Virus record (IMG/VR): IMGVR_UViG_3300037100_000035
Location: 1-25,360 of that record
Length of the DNA: 25,360 nucleotides
Source: a virus
Lineage: Duplodnaviria; Caudoviricetes
Reading direction: 5' to 3' (one strand)
Below are positions 17,510 to 24,686 of the stretch, one piece after another. The notes below the pieces were generated by a model. The model ran no database searches and had not been told where the DNA came from. It worked only from the letters and a program-made list of their open reading frames with translations. The translations under genes were made by a program, and so were the position numbers. How positions within the stretch are numbered: the first letter of the stretch is position 1; each line of letters opens with the position of its first letter.

Positions 17510-17650
17510 TTATCCACATCCTGGTACGGCACTGCATCAGCCAGTAAGGATATATCTATACCGTTCTCCGCGCGCGCACGCGTCTTGTCGTTGCCCCGGT
17601 GTGACAACGATGATAGCCCCACCGGGGCAATCGTAGGGGAGTTTTCCACA
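17510..17650 (+). promoter_or_regulatory. Candidate replication origin: two DnaA boxes, AT-rich patch and inverted repeat
   Basis: TTATCCACA at 17510-17518 and TTTTCCACA at 17642-17650, both fitting TTWTNCACA in the same orientation. TAAGGATATATCTATA at 17545-17560. Perfect 11-bp inverted repeat TTGCCCCGGTG (17591-17601) / CACCGGGGCAA (17620-17630). Confidence 0.65.
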
Positions 17651-18162
17651 TGAAAGGTCAGATCACGCGCTTCCGCTCGCGCGCCGAGTCGCTGAAGCAG
17701 GATCAGGCCTTGCAGTTGCGGCAACTTGTGCTGCCATGGGAAAACGAGTCGCCGGTTGCCGTGCGTCAGTTGTTGAGCCTGATCGATCGTCATACCGCCG
17801 CCTCGAAAGGATGGACGTTTGTCATGTTGTCGCCGACCCAGCACCGCGCAGTCAGTCATTGGATCAGGCGCCATGCTAGGCGCCCTGGCGTATCCAGCGA
17901 TCTCTGGTCTGAGTTCTTTTGTCATCTCCGCATGGACACCGGCGAGATCGTCATGGATCGCAAGCAAATGATGGAGGCTGCCGAGGCGAGCAGCTCGCAT
18001 GTCTCGAACGCCCTTTCGGAGTTGGTGAAGATCGGTGCGTTGATCCGCCATCAGGAGGGTCGCGAGGTGCGTTGGTTCATGAACCCGAACATTGGAACGT
18101 GCCTGACGGGCAAAGCCCGCGAGGATGCCCAGAGGTCGGCGCCAACACTGCAAGTCGTGTGA
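17650..18162 (+). CDS. Putative plasmid-type replication protein (RepL-like winged helix-turn-helix)
   Basis: 170 aa, antisense to the operon, AGGGGAG RBS. wHTH-like GEIVMDRKQMMEAAEASSSHVSNALSELVKIGALIR followed by RWFMNPNIGT, resembling the Y/F-x-x-N-P motif of RepL-family proteins. Fits exactly between the portal stop and the protease start. Confidence 0.65.
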   Translation: MKGQITRFRSRAESLKQDQALQLRQLVLPWENESPVAVRQLLSLIDRHTAASKGWTFVMLSPTQHRAVSHWIRRHARRPGVSSDLWSEFFCHLRMDTGEIVMDRKQMMEAAEASSSHVSNALSELVKIGALIRHQEGREVRWFMNPNIGTCLTGKAREDAQRSAPTLQVV

Positions 18163-18166
18163 TCGC

Positions 18167-19855
18167 TTATGTCGTCTTCGGGGTTTCAGGCTTCTTCGCG
18201 GCCTGGACCGCCGTGTAGAGCCCGGCCCATTCCGGGCGCGGGATGCCAAGCTCGTCGAACTTCTTGATCTCGTAAGCGCGCTGCGAGAGCACTTCCTCGA
18301 AATCGACGCCTTGGGCTAAACACTCGCTCTCCAGCGTCGACAACCCGGCATCCATGCCGAGAATGGCCCCGGCCCGCTCATCGACCGGATTGACCCAGCC
18401 CTTCGGCGGGCCGACCCAGGTGCACTTGAGGAAGGCCGCGCGCCAGGCGGTGAACATCGCATGGCCTTCTTCGCTCGAGAGATCGAAGCCAACCGGCAGC
18501 GGCAGATCATCGGTCAGCGTCATTTCCTCGACCATCGCCGCGCGCACCGGGGTCGCGAACCCCTGAAAGAAATCGTGCGCCCGGCGGTCCATCGTCTTGC
18601 CGGCCTCGAGGGCGGCGGAGCGGGCGGAGCTATAGTTCACGTCGGACCAGTTGTTGCTCACCTGCTGCGCCGAGAGCCCAAGCCCCGAGGCGATGTTGCG
18701 CAGCATGGCATCCTCGAAGGGGGAAAAGTTGGTCGACGGCCGGGCGGCCTGGACCGTCTTGATCGACTCACCGGGATACATCTGCGCCAACCGCGCATCG
18801 CCCAGCATGATGCCGTTCTCGCGGTGCCAGAGCGCGCGGTCGGCCTGGTAGCCATTCAGGTTGACCCCGTCGAAGCCCTCGTCGCCGCCCATCGCCTCCT
18901 TGACCAGCTGCGGATCCAGCGGCGATTCCACATAAGCCGCGAAGATCGCATTGATGATCGCGGCATCCAGCTCGACGCCGTCGTATTTGACCAGCATCTT
19001 GAGCCGTTGCAGGACCGGCGTGAAAATCCCCGCCCCGCCGCGGTGCTGCCCGGCCCGCTGAGCCTCGTAGTAGTGCACGACGACGGGCCTGCCCCACGGG
19101 GTTTCGCGCGGCACCCGCTCCCACTGCACGCTCTGCGCGGCAGAAAACCAGTCGCCCTGGTGCGCCTTGCGGATGTGATAGGCCACGGCCGCGCCGCGCT
19201 GATTGACCTCGACCCCGCCGCGCAGGGCATGCTGATCAAACCGCAGCTGCGGGTTCGACAGACGGTCGGGATCGACCAGTTGCACGGTGGTATGATAGCG
19301 CGCCTTGCCCAGCGTCACCTCGTCGTCGCCCAGCCATTGCAGGACCGCCAGGGCATCGCCGTCGATCAGCGCATGGCGGAACGCCAGGTGCGCCATCTGC
19401 GAGAAGGTCTGGTTGCGCGTGGCATCGCACCAATGACCCTGATCGTTGGCCCAGACATTCCAGTGGCCATCGACGGCCGCGCCGAACTCCCGCGACCAGA
19501 CATGATCGAAACCGGGTTCGCCTGATTCGCGCTGCAGCCAGCGCCAGTCCGGCTTGCTGACCGGGCGGAGGTTGGCGCCGATCGCATTGTCGAGGATCCG
19601 CGTCACCGCGCCGGAGGCCCAGCCATCATTGCGCACGACGTCACGCACCCGGGCCACGATCCGGTCGCGGAACATGTTGAGCTCGCCGTCTGGCGACCAC
19701 AGATACGGCTGCCAGGCCGCCATGTGCGGCCCGTAGTTATCGGCGGCGTCGTACGGCGTGTTGCGGCCACCGGCCAGCGCCATCGAGCGGCGCGAGGGCG
19801 GCAGCGCGCGGCCGTCAGGACCGAGGATCCTGACCGGGGAGACGGTGCTGACCAT
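18167..19855 (-). CDS. Portal protein, lambda gpB family
   Basis: RVRDVVRNDGWASGAV, QLVDPDRLSNP, GGVEVNQRGAAVAYHI, GQHRG, WSDVNYSSARSA, GWVNPVDE. Confidence 0.96.
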   Translation of the reverse strand: MVSTVSPVRILGPDGRALPPSRRSMALAGGRNTPYDAADNYGPHMAAWQPYLWSPDGELNMFRDRIVARVRDVVRNDGWASGAVTRILDNAIGANLRPVSKPDWRWLQRESGEPGFDHVWSREFGAAVDGHWNVWANDQGHWCDATRNQTFSQMAHLAFRHALIDGDALAVLQWLGDDEVTLGKARYHTTVQLVDPDRLSNPQLRFDQHALRGGVEVNQRGAAVAYHIRKAHQGDWFSAAQSVQWERVPRETPWGRPVVVHYYEAQRAGQHRGGAGIFTPVLQRLKMLVKYDGVELDAAIINAIFAAYVESPLDPQLVKEAMGGDEGFDGVNLNGYQADRALWHRENGIMLGDARLAQMYPGESIKTVQAARPSTNFSPFEDAMLRNIASGLGLSAQQVSNNWSDVNYSSARSAALEAGKTMDRRAHDFFQGFATPVRAAMVEEMTLTDDLPLPVGFDLSSEEGHAMFTAWRAAFLKCTWVGPPKGWVNPVDERAGAILGMDAGLSTLESECLAQGVDFEEVLSQRAYEIKKFDELGIPRPEWAGLYTAVQAAKKPETPKTT

Positions 19856-20124
19856 CAGCGGTAGAACGGCGTCATGGGACGGCGCACCGGCGGATAGCCG
19901 AGGCAGCGGTTGACCAGCTCAAGCATGCCCTTGGCCTGCGTCTGGCTGAAGATGTTATGGGTGATCGACTTCGCGCCGCCGTCGCCCTGGCTGTATGACA
20001 GCGACAGCGGGTTGGCGCCGATCGCGGCGTTGAACATCGCCGCCTGCAGCTGCGGCTGCCACAGCAGCAGGGTGGCGCGCGGAATGCCCGCCAGGATCGT
20101 GCGGTTCTGATCGAAAAGCATCAA
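19855..20124 (-). CDS. Head completion protein (gpW-like)
   Basis: Small ORF between terL and portal; SLSYSQGDGGAKSIT and C-terminal RRPMTPFYR; TGATG coupling to the portal gene. Confidence 0.75.
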   Translation of the reverse strand: MMLFDQNRTILAGIPRATLLLWQPQLQAAMFNAAIGANPLSLSYSQGDGGAKSITHNIFSQTQAKGMLELVNRCLGYPPVRRPMTPFYR

Positions 20125-20133
20125 CGCCCCCCG

Positions 20134-22095
20134 TTATCGGCCGGTCATCCGGCTCAGCCGTGAGCGCTGCGCCGGTGCAGCGACAGCCGGCGTGGCAATC
20201 CCTGGCGTGGTGACCGGCGCCGGCGCCGGTCTGGGCGCGGGCGGACCCGCGGCCATCACCTCATCGGCGCGCCGGTTCAGCTTGAAACCCATGTGCAACA
20301 GCCCGCAGAGCGCGGCGTAGGCGTACACCCGGACGTCAAGCGCCTCGTTGGTGCGCCCCGGCGGCAACTCCCAGACCCGGTAGCGATGGCCGGCCGTCTC
20401 CTTGATGATCGAGCGCTCGCTGACCAGCTGGGCGAAGTAGTTGATGTCGCGGTCGGCAGGGAAATGACAGTAGCCCGGCCCCGGCTCGCGCACGCCCAGT
20501 CTGGCGCGAATGGTGTCCTTGGCGGCATTGACGCCCAGGATGACCGGGCGGAAGGACTGCTTGGTGCGCGACAGCGGCCGCTTGACCGGCCAGACCGGCG
20601 AGCGCCTGCCGCCCTGCGCGGCCTCGCCCTTGATCGCCCAGATCCGCCGGCCCAGCCGCGCCTTGGCAAACTCGTAGACCCGCTGGGTGTGGTGACCGCC
20701 CGAGTCCACGCAGGCCGCCATGACCTCGAACTCGCGGCCGTCGGCGCGGCGAAACCGCCGCTTCAGATACGCGTCCACATGCGCCCACAGCGAGGGGCTT
20801 TCGGGATCGCCTTCGATCACCTCGTAGGCGATCGACCAGCTTTCCTCGTTGCGGCCCCAGCCGACCACCTCCAGCTCCAGGCGGTCATCCTGGACGTCAA
20901 CGCCGACGGTCAGTGCGGCGACCTGGTCGGGAACCTCGCCGCTCCACACTTCGCAGCGCGACAGCAGGCCCATCTCCGAGAGATCACGCTCGCCGCGGTC
21001 CTCGTAGCTCTGGCCGAGCACCAGGTTGATGAACGCCTGGCGGGTGAACGGATCGTTCTTCGCCGCCAGCCATTCGCGCACCAGGTTCGGCCACGACGAG
21101 TTGGTGTGCAGCGAGTAGCCGGCCCAGATGTGGAAGCCGGCGATGCCGTTGAATGGCTTGGTTGCCCGCCAGCGTCCGGCGCGGACCATGTCGCCTTTGG
21201 CGCGCTCGTCGATGACGCAGCCGTTGATACAGATGTAAACGACACTGTCGGGCAGGTGCTGGCCCTTGTCATCCTGGCGCCACTTGATGCCGTGCGGCGT
21301 GCTCTTGCCGCCCCACTCCAGTTTCTGGAAGTCGCCGCAGTGTGGGCAGGGCACCTCGTAAAAGCGCTGGTCGGTGGTCTCCCAGGCCCGCTCGATGCGG
21401 CTCATTCCCTTGATCGTCGGCGTGCTGGTCAAGACCGTTTTGCGGTTCCAGAACGTCGTCGTCCGCTTGATCGCCAGCGCCAGCGGATCGCCTTCGTCAC
21501 CGGCGCTCGCCGGGTAGCGGTCGACCTCGTCGCAGATCAGGATGCGGATCGGCCTGGAGGCGAGCGAGGCCGGGCTGTTCGCGCCGGCCATGGTGATCGC
21601 GCCGCCTTCGAAGGTCTTATGATAGATTGTATTGCCACTGTCACGAGTGCGGGCGTCGGCCACCAGGCCGCGCAGCGTCGGGCTGTCGCGCAGCATCGGC
21701 GCGAGGCGGTCCTTCGACCACGCTTTCGCCATCTCCAGCGTCGGCTGGATCACCAGGATCGGCGCCGGGTCGCGATCCATGTGGTAGCCGCAGAGATTGA
21801 TCGTCGTCTCCGTTTTACCGATTTGCGAGGACGTCTGCAGGACCACCAGCGGGATCGCCGGATCGCCCATCACGTCCATCATCTCCCGCTGGTACGGCTG
21901 GCGGTTGGTGTTCCAGCGCCCCGGCTCCGCGGACGACACCGAGCTGAGCATCCGATGCCGGTCCGCCCATTGCGAAACCGTCAGCTTCGGTGGCGGCTTG
22001 GCTGTCTGCAGCGCCGCGCGCACCGTCTGCGCCAGGCTCTGCCCCGGCACTCGGATTGGCGTCAAGGTAAACCGGGGTGGAGGCGATGTCGTCAA
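20134..22095 (-). CDS. terL: Terminase large subunit, lambda GpA family (start codon uncertain)
   Basis: PPPKLTVSQWAD, PYQREMMD, Walker A-like SSQIGKTE, Walker B ILICDEVD, STPT, CPHC, nuclease LTVGVDVQ and NEALD. Confidence 0.97.
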   Translation of the reverse strand: MTTSPPPRFTLTPIRVPGQSLAQTVRAALQTAKPPPKLTVSQWADRHRMLSSVSSAEPGRWNTNRQPYQREMMDVMGDPAIPLVVLQTSSQIGKTETTINLCGYHMDRDPAPILVIQPTLEMAKAWSKDRLAPMLRDSPTLRGLVADARTRDSGNTIYHKTFEGGAITMAGANSPASLASRPIRILICDEVDRYPASAGDEGDPLALAIKRTTTFWNRKTVLTSTPTIKGMSRIERAWETTDQRFYEVPCPHCGDFQKLEWGGKSTPHGIKWRQDDKGQHLPDSVVYICINGCVIDERAKGDMVRAGRWRATKPFNGIAGFHIWAGYSLHTNSSWPNLVREWLAAKNDPFTRQAFINLVLGQSYEDRGERDLSEMGLLSRCEVWSGEVPDQVAALTVGVDVQDDRLELEVVGWGRNEESWSIAYEVIEGDPESPSLWAHVDAYLKRRFRRADGREFEVMAACVDSGGHHTQRVYEFAKARLGRRIWAIKGEAAQGGRRSPVWPVKRPLSRTKQSFRPVILGVNAAKDTIRARLGVREPGPGYCHFPADRDINYFAQLVSERSIIKETAGHRYRVWELPPGRTNEALDVRVYAYAALCGLLHMGFKLNRRADEVMAAGPPAPRPAPAPVTTPGIATPAVAAPAQRSRLSRMTGR

Positions 22096-22549
22096 GGGCT
22101 TCGGTGACCGCCGTGGTTAACAGCCCCGATATCTGCCCGGCCGTCTGCAAGTACAGGATGGCCGTGGCCGTTGCCTGCGGGATCGCCAGCAACCGGGTGC
22201 GGATGTTGGAGATGATCGCGGTCCATGCTTTCTCCACATCGACACGCTTGAGCAGCGTGGCTTCGAACTGATCGGCTTCCAGCGTCGCATAGCGTGCGCG
22301 GGCCTGGAGCAGCTTGGCGCGTGAGGCACCGGCATCATCCGCGCCGGCCGGATCGCCTTTCATGGCACGCTCGCGCAGATAGCGGACATAGCCGCGCACG
22401 GCGAGGCCGACCTCGTAGCGGCCATGACTGTTGCGCGGGATCACGCCCTCCGCCGAGAGCTGCTGCACCCGCCGTTCGGTCAGGTCGAGCAGCGCTGCGA
22501 TGGTGGCGACTGGATGACCAGGGCGATCCTGGCCAGGGCGATCCGACAT
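21815..22549 (-). CDS. terS: Terminase small subunit, Nu1-like
   Basis: N-terminal wHTH IAALLDLTERRVQQLSAEGVIP...GRYE...VRGYVRYLRE, coiled coil, then IRTRLLAIP; immediately upstream of terL. Confidence 0.9.
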   Translation of the reverse strand: MSDRPGQDRPGHPVATIAALLDLTERRVQQLSAEGVIPRNSHGRYEVGLAVRGYVRYLRERAMKGDPAGADDAGASRAKLLQARARYATLEADQFEATLLKRVDVEKAWTAIISNIRTRLLAIPQATATAILYLQTAGQISGLLTTAVTEALDDIASTPVYLDANPSAGAEPGADGARGAADSQAATEADGFAMGGPASDAQLGVVRGAGALEHQPPAVPAGDDGRDGRSGDPAGGPADVLANR

Positions 22550-22586
22550 GCTTTAGCCCCTTCACGACCCTGGCCAGGTGTGACGA

Positions 22587-22994
22587 TCAGATCAGGCTGC
22601 CGAGTTTCTTGATTTCTGCAAGCAGCTCATCGAGCAGCCAATGATGCTGCCCCGGGATGATCGCCTTGGTGTTCTCGACCTTGCTTTCGAGTTCGGCGTG
22701 CGTCTTCGCCGCCTCAACCTTGGCCGCGAAGAACTCGGGATGGGCGCGGTTTTCCGGCGTGCTCAGGCCAGGCATCACCGAGGGCACCACGCCAGGCGCC
22801 GGGGTGGTGGTGATCGCGGGTTCGGCGGTGGTGGCCAGGGCGGGCGCCGGGGTGGTGGTGATCGCGGGTTCGGCGGTGGTGGTTATCGCGGGTTCTGGGG
22901 TCGTGGGCAGCGCGGCCGCGGCGACGCTGGGAGCGGCGGGTAGTTCAACAGCAGGCGTCACCGCCGGAGCGGCGGCAGGCACGGGATCTGACAT
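22587..22994 (-). CDS. Hypothetical Pro/Ala/Thr-rich protein with 8-aa repeats
   Basis: ATG 22994 after AAGGAG; TTPEPAITTTAEPAITTTPAPALATTAEPAITTTPAP; helical-looking C-terminus. Confidence 0.7.
   Translation of the reverse strand: MSDPVPAAAPAVTPAVELPAAPSVAAAALPTTPEPAITTTAEPAITTTPAPALATTAEPAITTTPAPGVVPSVMPGLSTPENRAHPEFFAAKVEAAKTHAELESKVENTKAIIPGQHHWLLDELLAEIKKLGSLI
22795..22896. repeat. In-frame 24/48-bp tandem repeat
   Basis: GGCGCCGGGGTGGTGGTGATCGCGGGTTCGGCGGTGGTGG at 22795-22834 and 22843-22882, plus a partial third ATCGCGGGTTC. Confidence 0.9.
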
Positions 22995-23020
22995 AGGGTG
23001 CTCCTTGTTGGCAGTCGCAG

Positions 23021-23674
23021 TCACGGGCGGGCTTTCTTGACCGCTGTCGTGATCACCTTGTTGAACGCGGCGACGAACCGCGCCTTGACGATCTGCTCCG
23101 CCCGCAGGTGGAAGTTCAGATGGGTCTTCACCGGCAGGGCGACGCCGAAGCGGATCAGCAGCACCAGGTTCCTGACGATCCGAGTGACCGTCTTGCCGGC
23201 GGCGTTGGTCGTCTGGACCTTCTTCTGGGTCCGCAGCCAGAAGCCGCTGATGCCGCGGATCGTGCCGACGTAGACGTTCTTTCGCTGCGCCAGCCGCTTC
23301 GCCGTGTTGTTGCGCAACTGGCCATAAGGATCGAGGGCGATGGTCTTCGGGTCGAGCAGCGCCGGGCCGGGCAGGACGTGCACGCCGCCATATTCGAACG
23401 GCATCAGATACTTCGCGGTGATGTCTTTGATGTAGACCACCGCGACCAGCTTGGCTTTCGTCGCCTTGCGGAAGAACACCGAGTTGACGGTGAACGGGCG
23501 GGGGTGCCTCAACACATGCTGCAGGTTGGCGCGCTCGCCCATCTGCACCTGGACCGCGACATCGTTAAGCGCCGCCGAGATGGCATACGGCAGCTGTTTA
23601 CGGGCGATATCGTTCAGCGACGCGGTGGCTCTGCGCACGTCTGCCTTGACGGAGATGCCGACCATAACCGTCAC
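23021..23674 (-). CDS. Basic phage protein, gpZ-like (minor tail/neck) family
   Basis: KQLPYAISAALNDVA...RPFTVNS...ATKAKLVAVVYIKD...YLMPFEYGG; Lys/Arg-rich. Start is GTG 23674 or ATG 23665. Confidence 0.65.
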   Translation of the reverse strand: MTVMVGISVKADVRRATASLNDIARKQLPYAISAALNDVAVQVQMGERANLQHVLRHPRPFTVNSVFFRKATKAKLVAVVYIKDITAKYLMPFEYGGVHVLPGPALLDPKTIALDPYGQLRNNTAKRLAQRKNVYVGTIRGISGFWLRTQKKVQTTNAAGKTVTRIVRNLVLLIRFGVALPVKTHLNFHLRAEQIVKARFVAAFNKVITTAVKKARP

Positions 23675-23730
23675 CGAATATACGGGAAACGCAATGAGAG
23701 CGGAGGGAAACCGTCACAAAAGCCGCATCA

Positions 23731-23766
23731 TGTCAATTTGGCAACACAAAGCGCGGCGGGTGTCAA
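23731..23766 (-). promoter_or_regulatory. Possible late-operon promoter region (two TTGACA hexamers)
   Basis: Minus-strand TTGACA at 23766-23761 and 23736-23731, in the intergenic gap upstream of the structural operon. No convincing -10 element. Confidence 0.3.
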
Positions 23767-23784
23767 GCGAAATTCATTACCCTG

Positions 23785-24087
23785 TTACGGTCTATTGTCG
23801 TCGTCTTCCGTCGGTTGACGGTATTTTTCCCACCAGCCTATAGGCTTCGGCAACGTCATGTGGATGTGCGCCAGGGTTTCCGCCCAGATCCCGAGCGTGT
23901 CCGGGATGTGGCGCTTGTTCTTCAGCATCTGGCGGATGGAGCCCTCGTTCATGTCCATGCGCCGCGCGAGATAATTGATGCTCCAGCCAATGCAGTCGAT
24001 CGCCCACTGCAGGCGCTCGCCCTTGTAGGGCAGCGAGAACGGCACGGGTGGTTCTGGAAAATCGGGCACGATGGGGTTCCTTGACAC
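23785..24087 (-). CDS. Small XRE/Cro-like HTH DNA-binding protein (start uncertain)
   Basis: GERLQWAIDCIGWSINYLARRMDMNEGSIRQMLKNKRHIP..L..W. A GTG at 24087, 24069 or 24045 is more plausible than the track start 24642, which overlaps the ASCH gene. Confidence 0.72.
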   Translation of the reverse strand: MSRNPIVPDFPEPPVPFSLPYKGERLQWAIDCIGWSINYLARRMDMNEGSIRQMLKNKRHIPDTLGIWAETLAHIHMTLPKPIGWWEKYRQPTEDDDNRP

Positions 24088-24177
24088 CGCCTGGCACGAT
24101 CGCCCGGCGCGTGCGGTGTAGACCACAAAGCCGCTCGCGTGGTCCAGTCGCCGAAGGGCAAGCGCCAGGGGGAGGCA

Positions 24178-24621
24178 ATGGTCGCCTACAGCTTCGACAA
24201 ACGGTTCGTGGGCCCGATAGCGACGGCAACCAAGCGGCAGACGATCCGTGGCGATCGCAAGCGCCATGCCCGCCCTGGTGAAGTCGTCCAGCTCTATACC
24301 GCCATGCGGACCCGGTATTGTCGCCCGATCGGCACGGCGCGGTGCGTGAACGTCGGCCGCATCACCCTGGATTTCACCGTGCCACGGGTGTCGTATGACT
24401 TGGGATCGGGCAAGATGATCATCTTCGCGCCTCGCCTCGATGCCTTCGCTCGCAGCGATGGGTTTGAGAACTGGGCGGAGATGCGGGCTTTCTGGGCGGC
24501 TCGCTACCCGGGCCTGAGCGTGTTCGAGGGATGGATTATCCAGTGGGCTGAGTTTTCGGTGGCCTCTGTGGTCGAAAACCGGCAAAACGAAAGCGAAATG
24601 CGAAAAAATTTCTGTGGCTAG
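24178..24621 (+). CDS. ASCH domain (PUA-like) protein
   Basis: ATG 24178 after GGAGG; MVAYSFDKRFVGPIATATKRQTIR (GxKxxTxR-like), PGEVVQLYTAMRT, FARSDGFENWAEMRAFW. Confidence 0.85.
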   Translation: MVAYSFDKRFVGPIATATKRQTIRGDRKRHARPGEVVQLYTAMRTRYCRPIGTARCVNVGRITLDFTVPRVSYDLGSGKMIIFAPRLDAFARSDGFENWAEMRAFWAARYPGLSVFEGWIIQWAEFSVASVVENRQNESEMRKNFCG

Positions 24622-24676
24622 AAAGGTAAAGGGCTCGCGCAATACCCCCGGTCGTTTTGTATGCAGAAAGGACCCG
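24600..24676 (-). other. Lambda-like cos (DNA packaging) site candidate: cosQ, cosN-like and I2-like segments
   Basis: Minus strand CGGGTCCTTTCTGCATACAAAACGACCGGGGGTATTGCGCGAGCCCTTTACCTTTCTAGCCACAGAAATTTTTTCG. GGGTCCT (24675-24669) equals lambda cosQ and is followed ~20 nt later by a CGGGG run and then a T-rich GAAATTTT tract. It is oriented toward Nu1/GpA-type terminase genes. Confidence 0.65.
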
Positions 24677-24686
24677 CGATGGTATG

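Noticed and set aside
17491-18249. 252-aa minus-strand ORF bridging portal and protease
   Set aside because: It has no recognisable motifs, overlaps the portal end, and is the antisense shadow of the plus-strand Rep-like gene, which has an RBS and a coherent wHTH pattern.
20134-22095. Intein or intron in terminase
   Set aside because: The length (~650 aa) and uninterrupted motif order match a normal GpA-family protein.
11-23843. Numerous long plus-strand and alternate-frame ORFs (e.g. 3893..5392, 5960..7003, 14137..15066, 18461..19525, 20293..22107)
   Set aside because: These are expected stop-poor shadows of real minus-strand genes in high-GC DNA and carry no protein motifs.
24088-24642. 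N-terminal 185 aa of track ORF 23785..24642
   Set aside because: This is the antisense shadow of the ASCH gene; only the C-terminal ~100 aa look like a real HTH protein.
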